From Alphaproteobacteria bacterium (GTDB lineage: Bacteria; Pseudomonadota; Alphaproteobacteria; Bin95), in the NCBI GenBank assembly GCA_964291285.2, contig OZ219787.1, forward strand, positions 1,824,001 through 1,888,000: 64,000 nt of DNA, written 5' to 3'. The position numbers were made by a program, and so were the translations under genes. The notes below the pieces were generated by a model. The model had not been told where the DNA came from. It saw only the letters and a list, made by a program, of their open reading frames with translations, and ran no database searches. Positions 31,146 to 44,242 of this stretch are shown piece by piece (within the stretch, counting starts at the first letter, position 1; every line of letters starts with the position of its first letter).

Positions 31146-32156
31146 TTGACGACCAGCGGCGGCATGCCCGGACATTCCGGTTCTGAGCTGACGAAACTGC
31201 TCGAAACCGTCGATATCGGTCGCAGCAGGACGGTCGGGGAGGAAGGCCCTGCGCCGGAGACCGCCGACCAGTATGCCGCCCATATCATCTGGACGGCCAG
31301 CAAGCCGCTGCTGCCGAAGCGGCGCTATCTCATTCATTTTGCCAATGTCTCAGCGGTTGCGCAGGTCACCGAGATCGTTCACCGGATCGATACGGATACG
31401 CTGGAGCATATGGCTGCAAGGACCCTGGGTCCCGAAGAGATCGGCTATTGCAAGCTGTCGCTCGACCGGCCTGTTGAGTTGGATTTTGCCGCCGACCGCA
31501 GGGCGGGCGTGTTCAGCCTTGCCGACCTGCTCACCGGCGAGGAAGCGGGCACGGGCGCCATCGAATTCGCGCTCCGCCGCGCGACCAATATCGTCCGGCA
31601 GGAGTTGAAGATCGACAAGGCGGCGAGGTCGCACGCTCTCGGGCAGCGCCCCTGCGTGTTATGGATGACCGGCCTGTCCGGGGCGGGGAAATCGACTGTC
31701 GCCGACCGCGTGGAACAGAAGCTCCATGCAAGCGGCAGGCGCACATATCTTCTGGACGGGGACAATGTCCGGCTCGGGCTCAACAGGGACCTCGGTTTCA
31801 CCGAGCGCGACCGGGCCGAGAACGTCCGCCGCGTGGCCGAGGTCGCGAAGCTGATGGCCGATGCGGGGCTGATCGTGATCGTTTCCTTCATCTCCCCATT
31901 CAGGTCCGAACGCAGCATGGCGCGCGACCTGATGGAGGAAGGCGAGTTCCTGGAGATATTCGTGGACGCGCCGCTTGCGGTCTGCGAGACACGCGACCCG
32001 AAGGGCCTCTACGCCAAGGTGCGCAGGGGCGATCTCGTGAACTTCACCGGGATCGATTCCCCTTACGAACCCCCGGAAGCTCCCGAACTGCGGATCGATA
32101 CGGCGACGATGACGGTGGACCTCGCCGCGGACGCAGTAATTCGATTGCTGGATTGA
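31146..32156 (+). CDS. cysC: Adenylyl-sulfate (APS) kinase with an N-terminal CysN C-terminal barrel remnant
   Basis: WMTGLSGAGKST, LLDGDNVR.GL, SFISPF, RDPKGLY, FTGIDSPYE; the N-terminal third resembles the last domain of CysN/NodQ; start uncertain (31146 or 31164). Confidence 0.9.
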   Translation: MTTSGGMPGHSGSELTKLLETVDIGRSRTVGEEGPAPETADQYAAHIIWTASKPLLPKRRYLIHFANVSAVAQVTEIVHRIDTDTLEHMAARTLGPEEIGYCKLSLDRPVELDFAADRRAGVFSLADLLTGEEAGTGAIEFALRRATNIVRQELKIDKAARSHALGQRPCVLWMTGLSGAGKSTVADRVEQKLHASGRRTYLLDGDNVRLGLNRDLGFTERDRAENVRRVAEVAKLMADAGLIVIVSFISPFRSERSMARDLMEEGEFLEIFVDAPLAVCETRDPKGLYAKVRRGDLVNFTGIDSPYEPPEAPELRIDTATMTVDLAADAVIRLLD

Positions 32157-32250
32157 TGTCGGGATTTCCGCTGCCGCTTACCAGACGCGCTCCCCTGCCC
32201 GCCGGCTGTCCCGGCGGACGAAGGGCCGCAACACGACCGGGAGGCGTTCG

Positions 32251-33297
32251 ATGACCGGCCGGGCACTGCGCTATCCACCGGTTATCGTTCTCAGTTCCGG
32301 CCGCTGCGGGTCGACGATGTTGTCCAACATGTTGAACCTGCATCCGGATCTCCTCAGCATCTCCGAGTTTTTTACATTTCACAGCACTGCCTTGTTCAGC
32401 CGATGGCGCCTGACCGGAAACGGAATGTGGCATGTTCTTACCCATCAACCGCAATTGGTTCGTTATCTTCTGAGAAAAGACTACGAAGAACTGCTGTATC
32501 CCTTCGAAGATCCCGATTCCCGGTTTGGACGAAAAACTGTCCCTCCCATTCTATGCGTGACGCTTCCTCACTTGACAAATCACTACGAAAGACTCTTCGA
32601 TGAGATGGAACCGGTCGTGCGAAGTTTTCCACGCCAGTCTCCTGCAAAACATTGTCGTGATCTTTTCGAGTGGTTGTGTGACAGATTCGACCGGAAGGTA
32701 TGGGTTGAACGCTCCGGCGGGTCTTCCATGTATGCGTCGAGGCTCATGTACAGATTTCCGGAAGCCAAGGTGATCAACATGCACCGGGACGGGCGGGATG
32801 TTGCGCTTTCCATGTTTCAACATCATCCATTCAGAGGAATTGCGCCCTACATAATTGCCCTCCAGAAGCGAAGATACGATCCCTTTAGAGTCGAGGCGAA
32901 ACATGGCGAATTCTGGGATTCGATGGCGCTGCGCCTGCAACCTTTGAAGTATTTGTCCCGGTTCCCGATCCCCATGTCCGCCGACCGGTTGGAGATCGCG
33001 CACTTCGGCGCAATATGGAGCTCGATGGTAGGAGCAGCTCAGGACTTCATCCAGAACCTGCCGTCGGAACAGGTCCTGGAGGTACGGTTTGACGATTTGC
33101 AGCAAAATGCAGAGTGGGAGCTGCGTCGTATAATCCGGTTTATTTCCAGAGATTTGGAAAACGAGGACTGGATTCACGAAGCAGCCGGGATACCGAGGCC
33201 GTCCCGGTCCAAATTTGGCCGGCTCGATCCGGAAGAACGGGCGACATTGACCGAAGCCTGCCGGCCGGGTCTGGAGCGGCTCGGCTACGCCGTGTAG
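32251..33297 (+). CDS. PAPS-dependent sulfotransferase
   Basis: 5'-PSB loop SSGRCGSTML and 3'-PB motif HRDGRDVALS; visibly lower GC than flanks. Confidence 0.9.
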   Translation: MTGRALRYPPVIVLSSGRCGSTMLSNMLNLHPDLLSISEFFTFHSTALFSRWRLTGNGMWHVLTHQPQLVRYLLRKDYEELLYPFEDPDSRFGRKTVPPILCVTLPHLTNHYERLFDEMEPVVRSFPRQSPAKHCRDLFEWLCDRFDRKVWVERSGGSSMYASRLMYRFPEAKVINMHRDGRDVALSMFQHHPFRGIAPYIIALQKRRYDPFRVEAKHGEFWDSMALRLQPLKYLSRFPIPMSADRLEIAHFGAIWSSMVGAAQDFIQNLPSEQVLEVRFDDLQQNAEWELRRIIRFISRDLENEDWIHEAAGIPRPSRSKFGRLDPEERATLTEACRPGLERLGYAV

Positions 33298-33311
33298 AGC
33301 GCGGCGTAGCG

Positions 33312-34709
33312 GTGGCGGAGCCGGGAGCGAGGAGCGCGGCCGAGGGCGTCTATACGACCGGCCCGGTCGGGCGCCACCTGCTGCGCATGGCCGGGCCCGC
33401 TTCGACGGCACTGCTGTTCATCTTCCTGGCCGACCTGGTGACCCTCTTCTATGTCTCGCTATTGCGCGACGAGCGGTTGATCGCTGCTGTCGGGCTCGCG
33501 AGATTCATCGAGTATTTCGTCATTGCCATCGGGCTCGCCTTTGCGTCATCGGCGACCGTGCAGGTCAGCCAGTCGCTCGGCGCCGGCGACAAAGCGCTGG
33601 CCGTGCGGCAGGCGACCTCATGCCTGGTCGTCACCCTGGCCGTCCTGTGCGCCGCCGTCGGATTGGCGCAGGTCTTTCGCGGCGCGGCTCTCGCCTCCTT
33701 CGTGGAGCCGGGCGCGGTCTTCGACGCTGCGGACCTCTATCTGGAGATCGCCCTGTATTCCGTCCCCCTGGCAGCGGTGAGCCTGGCGACGGGCGCGATA
33801 TTGCGCGGTGCCGGCGACGTGCGCCGATCCGTGGCGGTGACCGTTTCGGGCAGTCTGGCGGCCCTGGCGGTCAGCCCGGCGCTGATTTTCTGGGCCGGTC
33901 TGGGCCTGGAGGGAGCCGCCTGGGCGCTGCTGGCGGACCGCGCGATCAGCGCGGCGCTCGGCGTCGGGTTCGTCATCCGCAAATACCGTCTCCTGAAGCT
34001 TCCCGACATTTTCGAGACGGTTCGCGACGCCGGGCCCGTTCTGGCAATCGCGGGGCCGGCCGCCCTGTCGGAACTCGCGACGCCCACAATCTGGCTGCTG
34101 GCGACCTGGTGGGTCGCGGCGTTCGGGGACAGCGCGCTTGCCGCATGGGCGCTGCTCGCACGGATCACCTTGCTCGCGGGGTGCGGGATCATGGGACTGA
34201 CCATCGCGCTCAACCCGGTGCTGGGGCAGAATTACGGTGCCGGCGACACCGGCCGGACCGCCGCCAGCCTTCGCAGCGCGGCGGTGTTCTCCATCTGCTA
34301 CGTCATTGCGGTCTGGGCGCTGTTCGCGTCGACCTCCGGCCAGATCTCCCGAATGTTCGATCTGACGGCGGGAGCGTCGGGCCTGGTGCATGTTTACGCC
34401 CTGTACGGTTTCGCCGCGCTCGTCCCGGCAAGCATGGCAGCGCTCTGCAGGCCGGTATTCTACCATTTCGGACGTTCCTTCTGGACGACGGTCCTGGACT
34501 GGACGGCGAACGTCCTGACGCTGCTTGCGCTGGTCCTGCTTGTGGGAATGCCGGATGGGGAGCCGGTCGCGTTCGCGCTTGGCGCGGCGGCGGCAGTGTG
34601 CGCCGTGCCGATCGGCAGAGCTCTCGCCGGTTCTCTCTCGCTCGGGCTTGCCTGGCGCCTTGTTGCGCAAATGAGGGCGCCGGAACCATGGCCGAAGGAT
34701 GCGGCATGA
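33312..34709 (+). CDS. MATE family transporter
   Basis: About 12 hydrophobic segments; VSQSLGAGD, ILRGAGD, GQNYGAGD repeats; GTG start inferred. Confidence 0.85.
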   Translation: MAEPGARSAAEGVYTTGPVGRHLLRMAGPASTALLFIFLADLVTLFYVSLLRDERLIAAVGLARFIEYFVIAIGLAFASSATVQVSQSLGAGDKALAVRQATSCLVVTLAVLCAAVGLAQVFRGAALASFVEPGAVFDAADLYLEIALYSVPLAAVSLATGAILRGAGDVRRSVAVTVSGSLAALAVSPALIFWAGLGLEGAAWALLADRAISAALGVGFVIRKYRLLKLPDIFETVRDAGPVLAIAGPAALSELATPTIWLLATWWVAAFGDSALAAWALLARITLLAGCGIMGLTIALNPVLGQNYGAGDTGRTAASLRSAAVFSICYVIAVWALFASTSGQISRMFDLTAGASGLVHVYALYGFAALVPASMAALCRPVFYHFGRSFWTTVLDWTANVLTLLALVLLVGMPDGEPVAFALGAAAAVCAVPIGRALAGSLSLGLAWRLVAQMRAPEPWPKDAA

Positions 34710-35247
34710 GACGAAGAACGAAACTGTGGATTGCTCTGCCGGCGGCGTTCGCCGCCGCGATCCTTCTCGCAGGCGGAGCGGGCTGGTTCTGGCTGCGCAC
34801 ATCGCTGCCGCAGCTCGACGGCGAGATCCGGCTTCCCGGCCTCCAGGAGCGGGGAGAAGTGATCTACGACGCCAACGGCATTCCCCATATCCGGGCGGCG
34901 ACGGTCGACGATGCCTATTTCCTTCTCGGATACGTGCATGCGCGCGACCGGATGTTCCAGATGGACTTCGCGCGCCGGATCGGCAGCGGAACGCTTTCCG
35001 AAGTCGTCGGCGAGCGAACGCTCTCCATAGACCGTATGGCGCGGACGCTCGGGACGGAACGGAATGCGGAGCGGATTCTCTCGCGCCTGCCGGAGGATGC
35101 AGTCGGGATTCTGAATGCCTATACCGCCGGCATCAACGCCTGGCTGGCAACGCGGTCAGGCGCGCTGCCGCCCGAATTCGTCCTGCTCGGCTACGAACCG
35201 AAACCGTGGCGGCCGAAGGATTCGCTGGCACGGAGCGGCGTCAAACT

Positions 35248-37753
35248 CAGACTTCCTGACCTCTGCTAATTTTGTTTGGCACCGGTGCGCGCGGATTTTG
35301 GGGTTATGCCGACCTCGTAGACCATGCGCATACGGTTGCCGGGGAAGTGCGTTTCGGTGGCGTTGAGTTCGGCCAGAAGAGGCTTGATCTGGCGGTCGCA
35401 GGCGTCATTTGCGAGGCCGAGAATGCGGACCCGCAGGACGCCGTTGGCAGGGTCCGGCAGGATGTCGGCATCGGCGGTGAAGAGTGCCTGAAGCAGTTTC
35501 CGTGGGTGGGGCTTGTGGCCCTGCGCCTGCATGACGGGAAGCATCAAGCGGGTTTCAGCGCGGTAGGCGATCATGCGGATGATGTCGAGTAGGAGGCGCT
35601 CGCGTGAGGGCAAGGCATTGAGCTGTCCGGCTTCGTCGAGGTCGCCGGCCCGGCAGTGCGTGGGCACCTCCCTGCGGCTGGATCTGACAATCTCACGGCC
35701 GCCCTCGAGGTCCCTGAGTTCCCTCTTGAGTTCGCCCGTCGGCTGCTTCCTGTGGGCGGCGTCGGCGATGCGGTTGCGCAGGCGGCCAAGCTGGTGGTCG
35801 AGGCGGCGGATTGCCTTGTCGTAGGCCCGCCGCAGCGGGCTGACGACCATGGTATCGGCAGCGAGAGGCTCGATCTCGTGGGTCGGCAGGGCGTCGAGAT
35901 TGAACTCGTCGCGCATGTATTTGAAGAAGTTTTCCTGCGACCAGCGCGAGAACAAGGCGCCTGCGGCCTCCGCCACCGGCTTGTGCGGATCGGTGGTGAC
36001 CAGCGGAACCTGACGGCCGTTGTCGAGCAGGCGGCGGATCTGGCGCACCCTGAAGCCGTTCTTCAACGTCACCGGCTTCTCGGCCAGCAGCATGGTGGCG
36101 CTGGCGTTCGCCGCGGGTCCGTGAATGGGAACGATCATCGCACTGAAGTCCTCGGCCGGCCAGTCCCCGCCCCTGAAGTTCTTGTGCCAGGTCAGGCAGG
36201 CAATGCCGCGCCTGGCCAGCCGGCGAAACAGCTCCGGGCTCCAGCCCTCGCGGTCGAAGACCAGTGTGAGCACGGGCTGGCCGGGCTGCCCGGCGGTCAG
36301 GTCCGCTGTCCCGGCGTCGACGATCCCGAGCGCCTGCAACGCCGGCACCACGTCGGATTCGATCGCGGCGACCATCTTCGGGTCCAGCGGCTTGTGCAGG
36401 CACAGCAGGGGCTTGCCGCCCAAGGCGTTGATCCAGTAGCTGGTGCTCGCCGGCAGGCACAGCTTCTCGCGCGAGACGAAGTGTTTGGGCAGGCGCCCCT
36501 TGCGGCCGGCGTAGACCTTGACGTGCCCGTCAACGGCCAGCGTCGCCCAGAGCTCGGGCTCCTCCTCCTGCCAGCGTCTCGCAAGAGCGAGCTGCCACGC
36601 CTGCACGCTGGCTTCGTCGTTGGCCATGAGCCCGATCTTGCGCCGTAGCGTCTTGACCTCGGGGCAGCGGTCGAGACCGAGAACCGCACCCCATTCGCCC
36701 GGTGCCTGGTAGCGCAGGCTCTCGGGGTTGCGCACCCGCGCCAGGGTCATGAAGGCCAGGAAGAGCAGGATCGTGGGCAGGCCGTAGTAGCCCTTCGACA
36801 GCAACGGCAGGAGGCCGGTCTCGCAGAGCAGGCCTTCCTTCAGCAGGGCCGGCAGGGCGGCGAGAACGCCGCCAAAGCGCACGCCGCGGGCGGCGGCGGT
36901 GAACTGCGGTTCGACCGGTCCCGCCTGCCCGCAGCTGGCCAACACCCGAGCCCGGACATCGCAAGTCGCGCGCCCCATCGGCGCCTGCCGGTCCCGCCGG
37001 TCGCGCGCGCTGCGATCCGTCTGCGCCTCCAGCCCCGCTGCCGTCGCCGGCCCGGCGGCACCGGCACTCTCGTCATCGACACTGCCCTCGGGCGCCCCAC
37101 CCGCGTCAGGCGGCACCGCCACTGCCGCGCTGCCGCGCTCCCGACACGCCTCCGCGTTGCCGATCACCCCCTGCCGCCGCCACTTGTTGACCGACGGCGC
37201 TGACACGCCGAGAACTCGGGCCACCGCAGAGCCGCTCAGGCCCCCTTCCAGCAACGCCGTCGCTTTCTCCGCCAGCTCCGGCGTGAACACCGAAGGTCCC
37301 CGACCGCGCCGGGGCTTCAGAAACTCCGCTTCGCCCTCGGCCAGGTAGCGCCGTCGTGCGCGCTGGACCGTTGCACGCGAGACACCGAAAGCGTCGGCCA
37401 GATCCTGCCGCGAGACCGCGCTGATCGCAGCCAGGCGGCCGATCCGCAACAGCATGGCCGCGCGGTCATCGGCGGCGTGGCTGTCAAAGGGAACGAGGTT
37501 GGAGAAGTAGGTGAAGCTGTCGTCCGAAATCAGAATGGCGAAACAACTGCTGCCGATCGGAACCGCCTCCGGAGGGCTCAGGGGAAGGGTAATCGACATG
37601 GTTGAAATCTCGTATCCAGTGTCAAATTAAAATACCCGAACCTGGACACGGCAGCCAGCGAAAATCAGCCGAAACAGACGAAAAATGAACCGAACTCAAA
37701 AAGTTCCCAGAACGCCGCCCGCAACAAACATCGTCACGAGGTCAGGAAGTCTG
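35248..37753 (-). mobile_element. Unclassified DDE element, intact copy (2506 bp)
   Basis: Perfect TIR CAGACTTCCTGACCTC; 5-bp TSD AAACT. Confidence 0.95.
35266..37599 (-). CDS. 777-aa putative DDE transposase with two N-terminal HTH motifs
   Basis: LADAFGVSRATVQR and VARVLGVSAPSVNKW; AVDGH, VFDREG, RWSQENFFK; fills a TIR-bounded element. Confidence 0.8.
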   Translation of the reverse strand: MSITLPLSPPEAVPIGSSCFAILISDDSFTYFSNLVPFDSHAADDRAAMLLRIGRLAAISAVSRQDLADAFGVSRATVQRARRRYLAEGEAEFLKPRRGRGPSVFTPELAEKATALLEGGLSGSAVARVLGVSAPSVNKWRRQGVIGNAEACRERGSAAVAVPPDAGGAPEGSVDDESAGAAGPATAAGLEAQTDRSARDRRDRQAPMGRATCDVRARVLASCGQAGPVEPQFTAAARGVRFGGVLAALPALLKEGLLCETGLLPLLSKGYYGLPTILLFLAFMTLARVRNPESLRYQAPGEWGAVLGLDRCPEVKTLRRKIGLMANDEASVQAWQLALARRWQEEEPELWATLAVDGHVKVYAGRKGRLPKHFVSREKLCLPASTSYWINALGGKPLLCLHKPLDPKMVAAIESDVVPALQALGIVDAGTADLTAGQPGQPVLTLVFDREGWSPELFRRLARRGIACLTWHKNFRGGDWPAEDFSAMIVPIHGPAANASATMLLAEKPVTLKNGFRVRQIRRLLDNGRQVPLVTTDPHKPVAEAAGALFSRWSQENFFKYMRDEFNLDALPTHEIEPLAADTMVVSPLRRAYDKAIRRLDHQLGRLRNRIADAAHRKQPTGELKRELRDLEGGREIVRSSRREVPTHCRAGDLDEAGQLNALPSRERLLLDIIRMIAYRAETRLMLPVMQAQGHKPHPRKLLQALFTADADILPDPANGVLRVRILGLANDACDRQIKPLLAELNATETHFPGNRMRMVYEVGITPKSARTGAKQN

Positions 37754-40590
37754 AAACTGGCCAACCTGGTTTGGGAGTGGGAGAACGAAGCCCTTCGCGG
37801 CGCGCTCGCGGCAAGATTGTCTCCCGCGCAACTCTCCGACCTTTTCCCCGAGGACGTCGATGGTGCCTTGTCCGGCGCCGGTCGCGCCCTGACGATTGCG
37901 GGACGCACGCCCGTTGCGGCCCAATGGAAGTCCTTGTGGAGGGCCATGTCCGGCGGCTCGCGATCGGAGGCACAGGCGTCCAATGCGTGGGCCGTTGCAG
38001 GCGGCAGGACGGCAAGCGGCCTCCCCATACTGGCCAGCGATCCCCATCTGGCGCTGACAGCGCCGGGACTCTGGTATCTCGCGCGTCTGGAAGCGCCGGG
38101 ACTCAGCCTGGCGGGTGCAACGGTTCCGGGCGGACCCGTTTTCGTTCTGGGCCATAACGACGCCATTGCGTGGGGCGTAACCAATGCAGGCAGCGACTTT
38201 CAGGATTTCTTCATAGAGCGCATAAGCGAAGGCGAGCCGGGCCGTTACGACGCGCCCGGCGGATCACGGCCGTTCGATGAGCGGATCGAAATCATTGCCG
38301 TGAAGGGGCGGGAACCTGTGGAGCTGGTCGTCCGGGAAACGCGCCACGGCCCGGTGGTTTCCGACCTCGCGCCCGATTTCGCCGCCCTCGACGGGCAACA
38401 TCCCGGGAAGCGGGACCGTGTCGTCGCCTTCTCCTCCACGCTTCTTCGCGACGACGACCTGACCTTCCTCGCCTTTCTCAGGTTGAACCGGGCGCGGAAC
38501 TGGGCCGGTTTCACGTCCGCCCTGGAGAGTTTCCATTCTCCTCATGTCACCATCACCTATGCCGACATAGATGGAAATATCGGCTTCCTGTCGCCGGGGC
38601 GGGTTCCGATACGCAGCACCGGCGACGGCTGGCTACCCTCAGCCGGCTGGACCGGCGACGGGGACTGGACCGGGTTCGTGCCGCACGATGCGCTTCCGCG
38701 CGCCTTCAACCCGCCGTCGGGCCTGCTCGTGCATGCCAATCAGCGCATCGTCCCTGCCGATCATCCGTGGTTCCTCGCCCGCCGCTGGCCGCCGCCATAC
38801 CGGGCGGAACGGATCAAGGCGCACATGGAACAGGTCGCTCCGCGCACGGTTGCAACGGAAACGGCGCTGCAGCACGACGAGTTCTCCGGCGCCGCGGCGG
38901 ACCTCGTCCCCCTGTTTCTCACGCTCGCCGAACCCGCCGGGATGGACGAAAACGGGAGACGCGCATTGTCCCTGCTGCGCGGCTGGGACTTGCGTATGGC
39001 GCGCGCATCGGCGGCGCCGTTGATATTTGCGGCCTGGCTCGCGGAAGTGAACCGCGGCCTCTACGCCGACGAACTCGGCGATCTCTTCCAGCCCTTTTTC
39101 GGCCTCCGGCCGGGCACGGTCGCCCACATGCTGACGAGCCGTCGGGCATGGTGCGACGATGTGACGACAACGCAGGTCGAGACTTGCGACCAGACCGTCG
39201 CCGCCGCTCTTTCACGCGCTCTCGACGATCTGGCGCGCCGCTACGGAGACGACATGGACGACTGGCATTGGGGAGAGGCGCACCGGGCCGCATTCGGCCA
39301 TATCCTGCTCGGCCGCATTCCGGTCCTGAAGCGGTTGGCGGATATCCGCATCGAAACGGGAGGCGGCGGCTTCACCGTCAATCGCGGGCGGCACAGCGTA
39401 GCCAATGAGGAGGCGCCCTTCGCCGCCAACCACGGCTCCGGCTATCGCGCGGTTTACGACCTGTCCGATCTCTCGAACTCCGTGTTCTCCGTCGGAACCG
39501 GCGCCAGCGGCAATTTCCTGTCCTGGCGCTACGACAACACGACCCGCCGGTGGCGGGACGGCGACTATATGCGCATTCCCCGAACCCGTGCCGAGGCCTT
39601 GCAGGCGGCGGCAGGGGTGCTGACCCTCCTGCCGGGGTCGTAGCCGTCTCCCGGCGCCATGAGCGATTGACCGCGCTGGACCCCGAAGGGTACGGGCGCG
39701 GAGCCTGACAGCAGTCGAGGCAAGCGGGGGCGTTTCACCCTAAATCCGGCAGTTGACAGGCTTGATCGCTGTCTCGGGGTAGTGTGAACGGTCGGATTTG
39801 GGCGTGGATTTCAGCACGTGGTCGCGGCCCTGGGTGGCGGCAGCCAGGGTTGACGCCCCGGTTCGCGGCCATGGAGGTATTTCCTGAGCGCCTCGGCGAG
39901 GATGCGGCGCCAGCGATCCCCGGCGCTCAACTGCTCCGCAGTTTGCGTCAGCGACCGGAAGAAGCCGGCGATCCGGCGCAGCGCCGCCATCACCGTCTTG
40001 CGACGCCCGTGATGGGAGGTCACCGTCAGCCGGGTCTGGCCGGCGTGGTGGGTCTGGCGGGCGACGCCGTGCAGGAGCAGCGGCCGGCTGGTGATCGCCT
40101 CGCGGTGATGGTCGGGGTCGGCGAGGCGCACGAACAGGCTCCACCAGTTGTAGATGAGCGCGACCAGCCGGGCCATGTGCCGGCAGCGCGTCAGGTCGCG
40201 CGTGGTGAAGCCGCCCCAACCCCACTGGTTCTTCAACTCGTCGAAGCCGTTCTCCGCGTCCGCCCGGTCGCGGTAGAGCTGGGCCAGCGAGCGTATCTCC
40301 AGGTCCAGCGAGGTCGCCAGCACCGCGAACTCCCATACTATAGCGCGACAATCTGGATGAGAGCCGCGCGTCAATCAGGATGAGATTCCCGGCGGCAGCG
40401 ACGAGGGAGAGGATTGTGTCGCGCGGCGGGGATTGCAAGCGGTTTTTGGTTTTGATTGTCGCGGCGCGACAGGTTCCGAGGATTTTTGATTGTCGCGGCG
40501 GTCCGGTGGGCCGGAGATGAAGCGGCCCGCGGAGGCGATCCCCGCGGGCCGTGAGTGTGAGGGCAGTTCGGCCGAGCTGGTGGCCTCGGG

Positions 40591-43040
<2,450 letters not shown>

Positions 43041-44242
43041 CTACGCCCTCCCTCCGTTCCGGGCCGCCGCCTTCCCTCGTCTCATCCTGATTGACGCGGA
43101 AGTCTCAAGTTGATTGTCGCGCCGCACCCATACCCCGGTGCCGGGCTGCGCCTCGGTCCAGAACAGCTCGCCCTGGGCCTTGTCGCCACGCGTCAGCGCC
43201 AGCGTCGCAGGAAGCCGCCGACGCAGCACCACAACCCGGCGCGTCCGGCTCCAGCCCTGCAGACGCAGATCGGCCCCGATCCCCGACCAGCCCTGGCCTG
43301 CATCCTCCCAGCCGTCCCGCGCCATCAGCCGCTCGGCAAGCCGGCGCGCCCCCTTCGTCAGGCGCAGCTTGAACAGATAGTCCGGACCCGCAGCCTCGCA
43401 CGACGCCATGTTGGCCTCGCTGCCCCAGTCCTTGTCGCCCCGCACCAGACGCGGCCAGCGATCCCGCCCAAGACGGTCGAGCAACGCCCACAAGGACGGC
43501 GCCGCGCGCCTCGAATGGTGATGGTTGCCCGGCGCCACCTCGACATCCAGAACAAGCCGCGTGCCCGCCATCAGGAACGCATGGCAGGCGTGCGAGGGGC
43601 GGCCCGGCTTCTTCGGGTTGTAGCTCACAACCGCTCCCTCCTGACGACCGTAAAGCGCCTTGATCGTCGTGTCGCAGTCCAGAACCCACGGCTCCCTCAG
43701 CAGCGGACGGACCACATCGTCCAGATGGCCCTGAAGCCACGATGTGCCTTCATCCGCACCGATCCGCTCCAGACCGCGCCGCACCGAATCCTCGCTCGCA
43801 ACCTTGTCCATACCCAGCAGCGCAGGGTTCACCCCGTCGCCGCGCAGCGACGTGATGTGCGCATAGCGGGACTGCCCCGCCAGAACCGACAGAAGAACCG
43901 TCCCCAGGACATCCCGCTTCGACGGCGCGTTCGGGCTCGTGTAGTGCAGCGGGCAGTCCGCAACCAAAGCGTCAAAGCGACCGCTTACCTTCAGCTATTC
44001 CGAGAAAAACGCCAGATGCCCCAGCGGCGTCACCGCCGCATCAGGGTCCCATTCCACATGAACCGCGCCGCCGAAGGTGTCCACCTTCACCGACGCTCGG
44101 GCGACATCCCGCACAGCGCCAGGATAATCACCCAAAGGGTGAGCCTCTTCGGCCCCTGAAAAGCCGCTCATACCCGCAGACTACAAGGGATTCGGCAAGG
44201 CCAAGCCATCCTCAACTGCCGGATTTAGGTTCACCGCTGTCG

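Larger units (their letters stand above)
34706..39643 (+). pseudogene. Penicillin/acyl-homoserine-lactone acylase family (Ntn hydrolase), IS-interrupted
   Basis: DANGIPHIRA, GYVHARDRMFQMD; after the IS: SNAWAV (nucleophile Ser), ASDPHL, GHND.IAWGVTN, TRHGPV, YADIDGNIG; frame is restored by removing 35248-37758. Confidence 0.9.
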
